Of a stretch of DNA of 64,000 nt, positions 35,188 to 47,999 are shown piece by piece. Each line of letters begins with the position of its first letter. Within the stretch, counting starts at the first letter, position 1. A program made the position numbers and the translations under genes. The stretch lies in assembly GCA_030141605.1 (NCBI GenBank), contig JAQGDQ010000072.1:1-64000 (forward strand). The letters are read 5' to 3'. The DNA comes from Tubiluchus corallicola (Eukaryota; Animalia; Priapulida). Below the pieces are notes generated by a model. It had not been told where the DNA came from. It was given only the letters and a program-made list of their open reading frames with translations, and ran no database searches.

Positions 35188-36526
35188 TGTTGTGAATCAA
35201 ATTTAGAATGGGAGATTAATTAGAAATTAATTGGAATAATTAAATTATAAGATTTCGGAGATAGTATACTCCTCCTTGGTCGGATAGCGAAGACCGTACA
35301 ATTTGATTATAACTGACTCACTCAGCTTGTAACTTGAATTTAATGAGTTAATGTATCAGAGGTTGGTGAACGGAAAAGTGGAAGATTAAACAAATGCCGA
35401 CTAGTTAAAAGAGTTAAAATGCCAATTAACGCACATAGAATGCGCTCTACGCTGGCAATTTGCAGATGGCCAAGTCAGGATGTCACATTGTTAGGGTCAG
35501 AACAAGTCATCTACTGATGGTTAATTTAACCTCCCAGGCAATATTTCAATGTCCAAGGCGATAGGGTTGCGACCTCCAGTAATTTAAATTACCTGGAGTG
35601 TCACGGATGTCATCTGCAGGTGGTCAGCCGCGAAATGTCGTGTGTCCTCGATGGTGCAATATCGGGTGACCTCGGCGCAATCTCAGGCTTAATGACTTTC
35701 GCTTCATAAGGAGAGTGAGAGTTCAGAGTTGGGACACACACGCACAGAGACACAGAGAGAGTGGGTGCTGAATTGCAGAGGAGTGTGTTGCCGATTACTT
35801 CTGCGAGGCGATCTTCTGAGAAGACAAATCTCTAGCTCAGCGTAGTAAGAAGACTGCGTAATTTGTGTTGACAAATCTCTGATGCTGAGAAGTCTCGTTC
35901 AGGAATTAGGATCTGGCCAATAACGATTGTTAAGTTGGCCAGTCCTCAAGTTACGTAGTTTTACTTTTATTTTCTGATTCTGTAACTGCTGATCTGAACT
36001 TAGTAACTTTGGCACCATAAGTGCAAACATTGCAACTTGTAACGTATTTGATGATCAGAAATATCTCTTCGGAATTAACTGTTTAATTGTAAGCGCCCAC
36101 CAGCGCATAAGTAAAGCTTTGTAAAGTATCGTATAACACTAATCTAAATTGTAAAAGTGGTTATAATAAAACTTTCATCATTTAAATTAAATATCGAGTT
36201 GCTTTAATGTTCAAAGAGTTACTGAAGGCACACATTCGTTAAGACACTAAATCCTTGAACGAACTTGGTATATTCACACTGTAAGGCTTATTGCGGGAGC
36301 CAGCTTGATAACTCGAGAGACAAAGATCTATACTCACAACGCAATATTTCGTGGTTTCAGTTGTGTGGGACATTATTAGCCCTATCAACTTGACCTAAGC
36401 TCTCGGAGTCGGGCAATTGAACGAATGCCAAAAATCAATTGTCTTTAAGCATTCAGGAGTGTGAATGATTCATTCGATTAATTGAATAATTAATCAAGGT
36501 TGTTTATGGAAAAAAGACAAGCGACA
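35188..36526 (+). mobile_element. Solo LTR, 1339 bp
   Basis: TG...CA termini and a 4-bp TSD (TGAT); it cleanly interrupts the LINE. Confidence 0.82.
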
Positions 36527-37170
36527 TGATGCATTAACTCTTTCATAGTTTTCCACGTTTTCGTTAAATTGTTTTTATATAATTCTAGTTTATTTTTAAA
36601 AGAATTACTTTTAGCTACTTTAATTAAATTACTAAGTTCATTTCGATACTTCTTGTAGTTAGATACATCGGTTGGATTCACACTTTTTAGAATTTGTTTA
36701 TACATGTTATTTTTTTCGAGTGATAGATTGTAATAAGCCTGTTGTTATCCAGGGTTTTCTTATGTTATTCTTACCATAACTTTTAACCTTAGTTTTAATG
36801 GGCGAGCTGTATACGTCCACAAATTTATCTTGGAACATTTCCATGGCATCATTAACTTCATGAGTGGACAAGACGTCAAGAGATATTAGCTAAGGCGGTT
36901 TTAATATTTTAATTATAAAGGTTGTTAAGAAGAAGTTGATAAGAAGTAGGTAAACCAGAAAAGCTAAAATCAGTTAATATGAAGCCAGTAAGATGATCTG
37001 TAACGTTAGTTAGCAAGGTGCCTGTAATGAAAGCATAGTCAATATTGTTTATAAAAATATTATCACTTAGAGTGGCCGTAAATTCAGTTATTCTTGTATG
37101 GCGTGTGATCGTTGGAAAAATATGGTTAGCAAGCATTGTATCCAAAAACGTTTGGTTGTTACTATTGAGC

Positions 37171-37598
37171 TGAACAGGGAACAGTGCATTATACAGTTCT
37201 ATTCATAGGCACCAGGCCAGCCAACCTACAGGTAATGTTATGACCTCCACTTTAAACTAGGAAGCCCATAACATTACCTGCGATTGGTTGAGCAATGGTT
37301 TCCCGTGGAAAGAACGCACACGTGACATCGTCAGTTGTCTTTCTGGTTGTCGTGGAATGCACTTCTCCTGTCTGCCTGCCGAGTGTCGGGGATTCCGTAA
37401 GGTTTGAAGCATTGTCACCAGGTTTTGTTTTTTCCTATTGTGTTGTTCTTCTCAGCCGTCCCTTTTGAATTCTAAGTTTTGGTTTTGTTGTTTCTTTTGT
37501 TTAAATTTCTGAAGTGTCCGTTATGCAGCGCTTACCCGCATCACCGATGGCGGGCCGTAAGGCTATCTACTGGGTCGAACCCCGGAACACTATGTTCA
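37171..37598. mobile_element. ~428 bp insertion with TGAACA...TGTTCA ends (solo LTR or MITE)
   Basis: Interrupts the LINE endonuclease region. Its first ~163 bp recur inverted at 43107-43269. It has an internal hairpin caggtaatgttatg...cataacattacctg and no clean TSD. Confidence 0.55.
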
Positions 37599-37620
37599 GA
37601 ATAATTTAAAAGATTAATAT

Positions 37621-40600
37621 TGTTGCGGAGCCTTCCCCTGGGAGCCGCCAGGGGGTCAGGGACGTGAAGACGGCCGAGCAGTCAGCCTTCGTTTAACCGC
37701 TTTGCATCCTACCAGGAAGGAGTGCACAAGAAAGAAAGACGAAAGATAATGAATTAGATTCGAACTAGCGTGCCCGCAACACTACCCCCTTCTTAGCCTG
37801 CATTTGTCGTCAAATGGACTATCCTCTTGTTCAAAGGGGCTAGTAGAATGACGAATTAGTCCACCATGCATCTAACTCCTTTCATTACCTAAGGAAATAC
37901 AAAAATTGGTACTGGTATTTCTTTATTTCACACTTAATCATGTACGTTACATACATTCTGAATGTTCAAAAGTAATCTTCATTACACAAGTCATCTGAAA
38001 TATTAGATACAACCAAACTGATAATTCCAATTGTTTATAAAGCATAACGCACACAAGAATAAGTCACATTCGTTCGTAAATCAGGTAACAACCAAATTAA
38101 TAGCTGCTACAAGTGTGAGAAAAGGGTTACCCACTAACATTTATTGCTCCTTTAATGTAGCAAATAGAAGTTAAATTGTCGCAAATGAGTTTGCACTAAG
38201 TCTAACAAAAACTAACAAATTATACAAAAAAATGAATAAATGAAATTATTCCATCGGTCCTTCCAACAATCTAGTAAACAGGCGAAAGCAGACCAATCTG
38301 GCTAAGATACCCAATAACGACAGCGACGGTGCAAAGAAGGTACGGCTATGGCTACAAGAAATCGACAACGGACAAAGTTAAAACGAGATACTATTCAATG
38401 TTTCTACTGCACTGCTTCAAGGTCAAGATCCTAAAACAAACTGCAGTTAAACTCTTGCAGAAGCAAAATTAAGCAAATATACGTTAAACACAACGCTAAA
38501 AAATTACAAAGTTTTTCCACTTACAAAGAGCATGTACTTAAGAACATCCGATTCTACAGAAATGACGATTTCACTCAATGCCGTCAGATTTGCGCTGTAT
38601 TCAGCACTGAAACAAGAATGTTTGAGAAACATAAATTGCCGAGATTACGTTTTAAAAGGCAAACGTACTCTTTTCAACATAAACAGGATTTTTTTCCTTT
38701 TTTAACCAACCATTAGAATAACAGTAATTTTCTTCATGCAAATTTCTTGTTAAATGGCAACAGAACAATTCACTACAAGGAACAAAGCAGCATAGCATTA
38801 ACAATAATTACAAAAAACAGCCCAGTCTCACGATCAACCACTGAAAGTCGTCAAGAGTGAGATTTGACTTTACCTTTAATCAACGAATACTTTACCAACG
38901 GGCTTCGATCTCTGTCAGTCACGTCCACCGAGGGTACGATGGGCTAGGTGCTGCGGGGAAGTTAAATGAGGCCGATTCAAAGAAACAATTGATTAGCGAA
39001 AGCAATCTAAGTTTCAAAGATAATCAAACTAAGTTCATTAACACCGTTGCATTTTCCAGTGTCATAAAACACAAATAAGACAGTTTACAGTCATGTAGCT
39101 TACTAGACACTTCCACTCTTGTAAATTTTAGCAACTAATAACTTCGGCATTATCTTTTCCAGCTGAATAGTAATTTGTTGATAATTCCCAAAATTCTGTG
39201 AAGTAAAGACGTAAGAATAATTAGCATAGAGTGTAAGCATTTTGTTGCGTACCAAACTTTAATCATGGTAAGTTTTTAGGTAAAACATGCTGCGTGGAGG
39301 TGGTGCTAATTCCAACAAAGTGCTTGTAGCATCGCTTACGTTATTGCTTGGTGAACCAGAAAACAATTTCTGACAGTGGCAGTTTGTCAAAATACATGGT
39401 TCTAGTGGTACATCAGTTTCACGGAGTAGACGGGCAAATCGAGCATCTTGATCTAATAGTTGTTGGATCATAAAAGATGTAGTTTCCAAGATTGGTGGGA
39501 GGGAGGCGATTTCTACGAGGGTAGGATCTGACGTTAGAAGAAGGCTCTGGGTCATCAGCAGTTGCTGCTGCTCCGTAAAAGGTAGTGGGAGTGAGGCAAG
39601 GTGGGGTACGAATGGAATCGCCCTGGTCCGGGATAGGAGGAGGAGAGGATGTAACGTGGGCCAATGAGGGGTCATTTTCGTCTTCTCTTTGAGGATCGAA
39701 TTCCATAAGTTCATAAAGAATAGTGGCTTTTCCACTATCTACTCCGCTCTGTGTGGCTTCTCTGAGAAGACTTCGTTGCAGAGCTAGTCTCACTTTCTGA
39801 GACTCCAGTCCCTGTGTCATTATTCGACAACAGACTTAATGGACTAGGCGAAGCTGGTTTTGTAGGAGTAGAAGTTCTTGGGGGAACGGATGATAAAGGA
39901 GGTGGAGACGGAGCTTCCATGCGGTCGCTGGGGAAATAATCACTAGTAGGGCTTTGCTGGGGCGACAGGGCAGGCGCAGAAAGGCTGTCACTACCAGGCA
40001 CAAAGGCAGGTGAACTCGATGCAGTTTCTACTTCCGATTCTGAGATGCTGCTTCTATGCGGAGAGTATGGGGGTGGTGGAAATCCAAAAGAAACTGGAGC
40101 TTCAACTAAAGAACTCTCATTGCTGTCCCCGGAAAGCTCGTAATTAATAGTTGCTTGGCTATCTACTTGCGTGGAAGTACTCTGAACTTCTGGAGTACTC
40201 CAAGAAAAACCTTGCGCAGGTGTATACCGCCATAATCTGTCTGCGGGAACGACTTTGCAGCGTTTTGCTCCTGGAAGGCGTATGCGAAAAACTACTTCTG
40301 ACAATTGCTTAACGATTTCGTATGGTCCTTGCCAATCTAATTGCAGCTTTGTCGACCGTCCAACTTTGCGCCGTGGATTGAAAAACCACACTAAGTCACC
40401 AGGTTTAAAACGTGGGGTCTTGGCTTTGACGTCATAACGTCTGCGCATTGTTTCGCCAGAAAATCGTAAGTTGTTTACCTGCGTGCACAAAAAGATAGTG
40501 AATTAGATTCGAACTATGCCGTACCAAAATGACAATCACTGCTAGGCACTGGAAAGAGCAGCACACGGTGGATGTGACAGCACGACAGAGACATAGAAAA

Positions 40601-40674
40601 CTACGTGCTCACTGCTTTTATAGCAAAATGACGCGCATGCGCAAAGCCAACCCTGACTTTGCGTGCCCGCAACA
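37621..40674 (-). mobile_element. Internally deleted Gypsy element retaining only the integrase C-terminus and 3' region
   Basis: TGTTGCGG...CCGCAACA termini and ATAT TSD on both sides. 3' LTR at 37621-37781 with PPT aagaagggggtag; partial 5' LTR at ~40482-40674. Confidence 0.92.
39419..40490 (-). pseudogene. Integrase GPY/F module plus S/P-rich tail (two overlapping frames, one frameshift)
   Basis: NNLRFSGETMRRRYDVKAK..WQGPY..ADRLWRY, PPPPYSP, PRTSTP, TPPCLTPTTFYG and YPRRNRLP align with the Pol C-terminus of the intact element. Confidence 0.92.
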
Positions 40675-41504
40675 ATATTAAAGCCACCTAAAAGCAGTAC
40701 TTTTCTATTATTGGAGTGTTTGTCAATTCGGCTTACTATATTAAAAAGTTTGTCAATAAACCCACAGGGGGAATAACCTGGTGGCCTGCAGATACAACCA
40801 ACGATAATTTTTCCTGATTCGTTGTTAATTTCAACAAAAATACATTCTAAGTCATCATCACAAACTGTTAGATCCTAGCGAATGAAGTAATGAAGATGAT
40901 TACTAATGAACAAGGCCACACCACCACCACCACCACGACGGGAACTCTTATTAATACATGAAAATTTAGAACCAGGCAGGTAAAATTCATGATCAGAGTC
41001 AGTCAGCCACGTTTCACTTAATGCTATGAGAAATGGTAATTTAACAATTGCAAGTATAGTGTAGCGCAGGCGCTTGGGTGGCCCACTCTGCACATCCTCT
41101 ACCTTTATTCCAAAATATGACATGGTTACCAAACTAGTGTTACATGTCACTTCTAAATGTGCCAGTAGTTCAAACCTAAGTCTTCTAAATTATTCTTTTA
41201 CAAATATTTTGGTTCTTATTGGTTAAATCTTCACATCTTTTGGTTTCAACCAATCAGGTTTCATTTTGGCTCTATCTCTGACATGTACACTAGTTTAGGG
41301 AAGGTTGTAAAGGGAGGGTAAAATCCTGCTGCACTTTGGAGATACAGTGGTAATTGGGTCTACCCGCTATATAGCAAGTTAGGTATCAGTCCCTCCACTT
41401 TATTTCTTTGTTCTGTTTTTCTTTAATTTGTTTAAAATCTTGTTACAGTTAGTTTAGACCTTGTAATATTTAAATCTCTTTCCAATTAAATAGTCAGCAT
41501 TATT

Positions 41505-42085
41505 TAATTCAGCTTTGTTTAATTGTGGTTATGTGGAAATCATTATTAGGCTGCTCCACCTCCGTACCTACAGGTCCGAACCACCCCTGGGTGGCGAGGT
41601 GCCACCAGCAGTTCAGTGGTGTCAGAAGTGGGATAGTTTTGGCCTGGCATGTGGTGTGACGTCGAACTTTGGGTTCGTTCTTGCGAAGTTTGTTGTAAAA
41701 AGAAAGGCCCTCAGTGGGAACCATGAGCACCTCTGTAGCAATATCGTGTTGGGGCTCCTATAGAGCATATTGCTATTGATGTAGTTGGCCTGTTTCCCAC
41801 GTCATCTGCTGGAAATCGTCACATTTTGCTAGCAATGGATCATTTTACAAAATGCCGGAACATTTTGCAATTCCTAATCAAGAAGCAGAAATGGTTGCTA
41901 AAGTTCTTGCTAACGAATTTTTCTGTCATTTCGATTTGCCGCTAGAAATACGCTCTGACCAGGGGCGGAATTTTGAGAGTAAAGTATTTCAGTATTGTTG
42001 CGACCTTGCTGGGGTCGGGAAAATGTGCAAAGTGATGGAATGGTCGAGTGATTTGTAAAAAACCTTTACTCAGCAGCTAGCTGAG
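41505..42085 (+). mobile_element. Gypsy fragment: LTR 3' end, canonical tRNA-Leu PBS, fused to an integrase core remnant
   Basis: LTR end cagttca at 41615 and PBS tggtgtcagaagtgggat at 41617-41634, then FWPGM..C..C, QYRVGAP, IAIDV, PNQEAE and SDQGRNFES with stop codons. Confidence 0.88.
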
Positions 42086-42119
42086 TAAATTCAATTAATT
42101 TAGAGTTCTTAATTCAAAA

Positions 42120-42900
42120 TTACCCAACTTAATTCTTTTTTTTTGAACCGGTAATACTATCTGATGCTACCAACATTTGCAAAATACTTAAATTCAACAA
42201 AATTTCAGGCATTGAGAGTTTCTTACGTACGGTTGTTTCAGGTATTATTCCTTATATCGCGATTCCTGTGTGTCATATTATTAATTTGCCTTTCCGTTTG
42301 GACAGGCACCTGATGAAATAAAAAATCTGTGCTCATGCCTTTGTATAAAAGTGGAGATAATACTAGCTTAAATAATAACTGGACTGTTTCATTGTTGCCA
42401 TTATTCTCTAAACTTTTGGAAAGGTGTGTACATAATCAGTTATACAAATATTTAATAAATTATAATATACTTAATGATAATCAAATTGGCTTTCAAAAAT
42501 GTTTTTCCACTGAGCTTGCACTAATTAAAGTATATGAACATATTGTAAACACGATAGAAAACATTTCGATAGCTGTAGGTATATTTTACGACTTGTCAAA
42601 AGCCTTTGTCACCATGGAGAAGTCATTCGCTTAAATAATCTAAGCAAGTTCCTAAATAGATATAATTTATTTCAATTTGCTGAGGACACTATTTCGTGAC
42701 TCTGTTGCAGAAACAAATGAAATCATTAAAGTAATAAGGCCGTTATTATTTTTAATTTACTTAAATGATGTAAGCAACTTACTAAATAGATATAATTTAT
42801 TTCAATTTGCTGAAGACAGTGTTTCGTGACTCTGTTGCAAAAATAAATGGAATCAATAAATTAATTGCTGATTGGTGGCAAATGCATTATAATTAACGGC
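42120..42900 (+). mobile_element. LINE RT fragment (CR1/L2-like) with a ~130-bp internal duplication
   Basis: Motifs PLYKSGD, SLLPLFSKLLE, QIGFQK, DLSKAF and PLLFLIYLND; 42641 and 42771 are duplicates. Confidence 0.8.
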
Positions 42901-43106
42901 TACCCTCGCTAGTGCCACGTATCAACTCAGAAATCTGCCCTGATTTGCGCATGCGCAAAATAAACCTAAATTCTGTTTCTGTTATCCTGGGTTTCCCAAC
43001 AACAAGGAATTTGGACACGCAGGACATTTCGAGACAAGGACATTAGGACACAAGAACATTGGACGCAAGAACATTTGGACACAGTTATTTTTATACCAGG
43101 AGTTTT

Positions 43107-43269
43107 TGACGATGTCACGTGTTCGTTCTTTCCACAGGAAACCGCTGCTCAACCAATCACAGGTAATGTTATGGGCTTCCTAGTTTAAAGTGGAGGTCAT
43201 AACATTGCCTGTAGGTTGGTTGGCCTGGTGCCTATGAAAAAAAATGTACAATGCACATTCACCTGTTCA
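43107..43269 (-). repeat. Inverted partial copy of 37171-37333
   Basis: High-identity reverse-complement match. Confidence 0.9.
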
Positions 43270-45164
43270 GTTCATTATTTTCACCAGAGGCAAGCATTTC
43301 CCATCATTGCGCTCAACTTCGTGGGACCGATTTTTGGAGAAGTAGGTTTGCTTGGTGAAGTGGCGTTTATGTAGCATCCGGAATGTGTATGCGTTATGTG
43401 AGTGTGAATGAGATAAAATCGGTTTACATTGTTTTCAGTGCACCTTTTATCAGACCTGCGTTATGCGTTATTTTTCGGCAGCTATTTCCTATTGATTTTT
43501 TACATGCAGCTATTCCGCAGGTGGATGAGACTAAAACCAGATGACTAACTCTGCGTAAGTATTACCATGTAACTGACATATTTTCTGCATTCGCTTCTAT
43601 ATTCAGAGTGGGGACGACCATTCAGAGAAATGAATAAAATAGATAATTATATCAGAAAGCCTATGCCTTACACCATTTTGGATGTGCGCAGAATGATATA
43701 TAATAAACGCATTCAAAATAGTTGTAAATACTGTATTGCGATACATTTTATCACAAGTTATCGATTGTAACGGCCAACTAACATATTCTTCTTAACGGAC
43801 GAATAAAGTATGATACTACTTAAGGAAAATTTTAAAAATATTAGTTTTAGTTATTATGAGAAAACGTTAAGAAAGCATGTTGTAATAATCTTAAATAATT
43901 GGGGTGAAAAATAGATGCTATAGTTTTATTATAAATGAAATCATAATTTAAAATCGCTGTTGATCTCTCTTTTATTTTTTTCTCTCTTGGAATACCATAT
44001 AGTATTATTAAATCAATTTACCTGTAGCTCCATCAAGTGGGATTGTTAGCATGTTGGCTGCCTTGCATTTTGCGGAACCTATACATGTTTTTCGTCAAGT
44101 TCAACAGCGCCTAGTGGTTAGAGAGAGAATACAACCCTGTGTCTAGGGGCATTGGTTAATTTAACAAATTAATTAATATTTAAAGCGCTTAACCACTTTG
44201 AAATAAGGCAACACAATCACAGTTACTTGTAAAACTAATCTTTACTCTGACTTTCAGCAATAGGTGGCGACATCATCATTCACAGCCCTAAAGCCAAATA
44301 CTTTGGCTATGGAAAGTCCAAACATTAACTTGGTTGCAGTTCCACCAATCCCCATGAAAGGTACACGACATACTCACCCAAACCAAATCGCCGGCAAGAT
44401 ACCGAAACATATCTTTCATCTGTGGGTCAATAGTGGAAGATCTAGACATGGATGTGTTTGCCTCATGAGTGCGACGGACAAGGGCCAATAAGCCTTTTCA
44501 CTGTTCCAGCGATTGATGATGATCGTGAAAAGGACAAAGGTTAAGTGTACCAGACAACGGCATTTTTGTACACTTGACAACGCCCTGCAGCCCATACTGT
44601 TGTAATAGCTAACTAGAACCTTACCTAGTTCATTTTTCTTGTTCCTACTAGATCCTGCTAGTAAACCATTCTACGCACAGACTAATGGATAATTATGTAA
44701 AGTCCACGTCAAACAATTGAAGTGCATTCGGTACAAAGGACTTGGTTTTCTTTGTACAGTGTTAAAAAACAACGTAACTCCAAAGTTAAACGTAGTTCTA
44801 CTTACCACAAAAATGAATAACGCAACTAATCAACGTAAGATTTGTAATATGTGGTTACAACTGCTGCGTTATAGATCATTGCTAAACAGTGATGACACTC
44901 TTCATCAGTGGAAAAACTCAGAAGACACTTTTCACGAATATCATTACACTAACATAGCACGAATGTTAGTGTAATAATATTAAGAGCTTTTGAGGTCCAA
45001 ACAAGCATTTAATCTTTACCTGGTTTAAGTCTGCAGGATCAGACGCTTGTTTGCAGAACATTATTTATTATGCTAGTTATGTTACTTAGTCTTTTATTCA
45101 CGGCTTCCGTCAACCACACTTTCCCGCCTTGCGGCATCATTCAAAATCGTCTTGTTCCTTTATT

Positions 45165-45750
45165 AAAAGATAAAAATTACTAAAATTACCAAGCTAATGA
45201 ATACGACCCGTTGCATGTGCTCTCTCAACTCAATCGAGTAAGCTTTTAGAAATGGCTTTGCTGTAATACTATGAAAAGTTCTTCTTACCCAGCCATAACT
45301 CACAGTTTAGCTATTAAAAATCATGGCACAGATATGTGCATATACATTCTTAAAGAAATAGTGAACCTATATAAATTTAAGGACAGCTGTGTACATACAT
45401 TTGTTTTATAGATGCCTCCAAGGTATTCGACTGAGTACTTTTTTGCTAATTATTTGATAAACTCCTCCGAACTCAAGTGCCTGTCATTATTGTAAGGGTA
45501 TTAGTTAATTGGTATATGAAACAGCGCATAGCTATGAGATTGGGCAAACTTTTATCTCACCATTTTTTACAGTATCAAATGGGCTCAGGCAAGGGAGTAT
45601 TCTCCCCCCCCCCCAGATTTTCAAAAGCTATTTTATGAATTGAGTGCAAATTTAACTTGTTCTAAAATGCACACTCTGCAACCACCCGTCTTACGCAGAC
45701 GATACTTGCTGGCTCTGACCACTTCAGCACTTCATTAGCATATCGATGTT
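45165..45750 (+). mobile_element. Highly decayed LINE RT fragment
   Basis: Motifs YRPVA, FIDASKVFD, NGLRQGSILSP and YADDT across shifting frames. Confidence 0.7.
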
Positions 45751-45969
45751 CATACTATTTTGCAAATAAACATGAAATTATTGTTAGCTTGGAGGAAACA
45801 AGGACTTATCCATAAAGCCAGCTTGTAGGAAGCACCTAGGAACTGGTGACGTATATTTAAATAATACAATTCTAAAAAATGTGGAAGAAGAGAAGTATTT
45901 TGACCATATAGCCTATATTTGATCCGTTCCCTCCAGATCCTAGAAAATACAAATGTCTCCTCTCTCACA

Positions 45970-46313
45970 AGGCCTATTTACACGATGCGACCTAGACATA
46001 CGTCTAAGCTCGAGTGTCCTAGATTTTCGCATCCGTCTTGGACGCAAGGGTTAATCTGTTTACAGAAAGTCTGGTGACTGACTCATTCTACAGCAGGCTG
46101 CCACGGTGTCCACAAGTAGAATGGCTAAGAAAGCTGCCATAGTGTTTTTCTTGTACTCTTTGAAAAGGTCACATCAAGATTCAATCTCCATCAAATAATA
46201 AGAATAATAATTCTACTCCAGGTCGTTATATCTGATACTTCAGTTCTTAGCATTAGGCCGCCTTATCTTTATTTGAATGATAGAGTTGGAGAAAGTCATG
46301 ATTAAATACACAA

Positions 46314-46344
<31 letters not shown>

Positions 46345-47156
46345 TATTAAGATAAAAACTATTTTTGTTATAATGTTGCAGCGCGCGGTTCCTGTGAAAT
46401 TTAGATTTGCTTTGATTATTCTTCACCTGTCCAATACCCGATAGAAGCTGGCATGAATATTTCATACGATGTGAGTAACGTTTACAGATATACTAGCAAA
46501 GCAGTGTTACTAGTACAGATTTTACGAGAAATCAAAACAAAACTGTTTTGGCAAAGCTACATGTCCTTTCATAACATAGAAATCTTCAATTTCTGAATGA
46601 ACAATTTTCTGAATGTAAATTGGTCTTACCCAAATGAAAATTCGCATCATTACAAACCACCATTTAAAAATGAATCGTTAATTTATATAGCAAGCAATTT
46701 GAATGACGAGTTTAAATCAACGTGATGCTTATTTTCCAACTCTTTCAACCTTCTGAATGATTCATAAAAAAAGACAAGACTTCAACAATTAATAACAGCA
46801 AGTCCCACAGTCCGATACTATTTAATCAGTTTCAATGTGGCAAGGCCACACAGGATACAATGTGTTAACACTGTTCCTTTCCTCAAGTGCAGTACAGTAA
46901 GCACGTGACCTAGTCTCATATATCTAATTGGTCAGATTTTGGTGGTACTTTCAATGTCGTTCTAAAGAAATTAGATTTCATGCATCTTGTGCATGATATC
47001 TATCATGCTGTGCATGATCTTCTTGTGCATAATCTTGTGCATGTTTCTATCACATGACTCATTAATTCGTGTAACAGTTTACACGGTGAGTTTTAGACGT
47101 ACCCGTCTGACTCTTGGGACAAACGTAAGCAAAGATCGCACCTTGTAAACAGGACT
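45970..47156. mobile_element. PIF/Harbinger-like non-autonomous element
   Basis: Imperfect ~24-bp TIR: aggcctatttacacgatgcgacct versus the reverse complement agtcctgtttacaaggtgcgatct; TAA at the right flank. Confidence 0.6.
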
Positions 47157-47999
47157 TAATGTGTACATGTCGCATTTGTGCCTAAATCTGGGGCATCACA
47201 TTATGTGGTAAATATAGCAAACCAAAAATGTAAGTTCAGATAAAAAATACAAGCCAATTTTTCAACAAAACAATTAAAAACAAAATCGACTCTATTGTTT
47301 CTTTGCATTAATGAAATCCAATTGTTTAGGCAACAAATATTTTTTGAAACAAAATAGTTTGAAACGGCAGTAGTATGTTTATTTTTTATTACATAAATGT
47401 TAATTTTTTTGCATTTCTCGACCAAATTGATATTTTATTTGATTGACACCGTTAGTTGTACAAAATGGCTGCCAAAGTTTATGTGAACAGGTTTTCATGA
47501 TGAAACTTCTGCATCTTCGTATGAATATCTGGAGATGGATGGATCACTTCGTCCCCAACGAAACGGCGTCCCTCGTCCCCACCTAAAATGTGGATAAAAA
47601 ATCGTGTCAACTTGTAATTTATGTTGTATTGAATAGACAGTCTTCTAGTCTTTTGTTAGCTTTATGGTTTTATACTATAAGCACGTTTTAATTATCAATA
47701 AGTTTATTACTAGTGTATAAATTGTGACACCAAGGTTAATCTTATCGCAATATATTCTTTTTAATGCAATATAATTTAATTGTATTTTGAACCTCAATGT
47801 ATTTTAAATAATGTAATGTAATTTAACCTTCGGATTACAAAACTTAATAAACTTATATAGTCTTCGCCACATCAACCCTCTGAATTAGTGAATGTAGTAA
47901 TAGACCAAAACAATTGTCTGCAATCGTTAGAATAGAAAATGGGTCGTATGTTTGAAACCCGGGCAGGGGATAAACTTGTGTGTAGTTGTTCTAATGAAA

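Larger units (their letters stand above)
34975..41330 (-). mobile_element. Decayed CR1/L2-like LINE split by three later insertions
   Basis: APE endonuclease motifs IALSETWL, GGGVALFI, CRPPG, GGFNINLL, TRITEFTATLSDNIF and TDHL; PWITTGL; YKKYRNEL. Pieces lie at ~34975-35187, 36527-37170, 37599-37620 and 40675-41060. Confidence 0.82.

Noticed and set aside
37171-43269. 6.1-kb DNA transposon bounded by 163-bp TIRs
   Set aside because: The LINE reads continuously across the left copy's own 428-bp insertion and there is no shared TSD. Two independent copies in opposite orientation explain it better.
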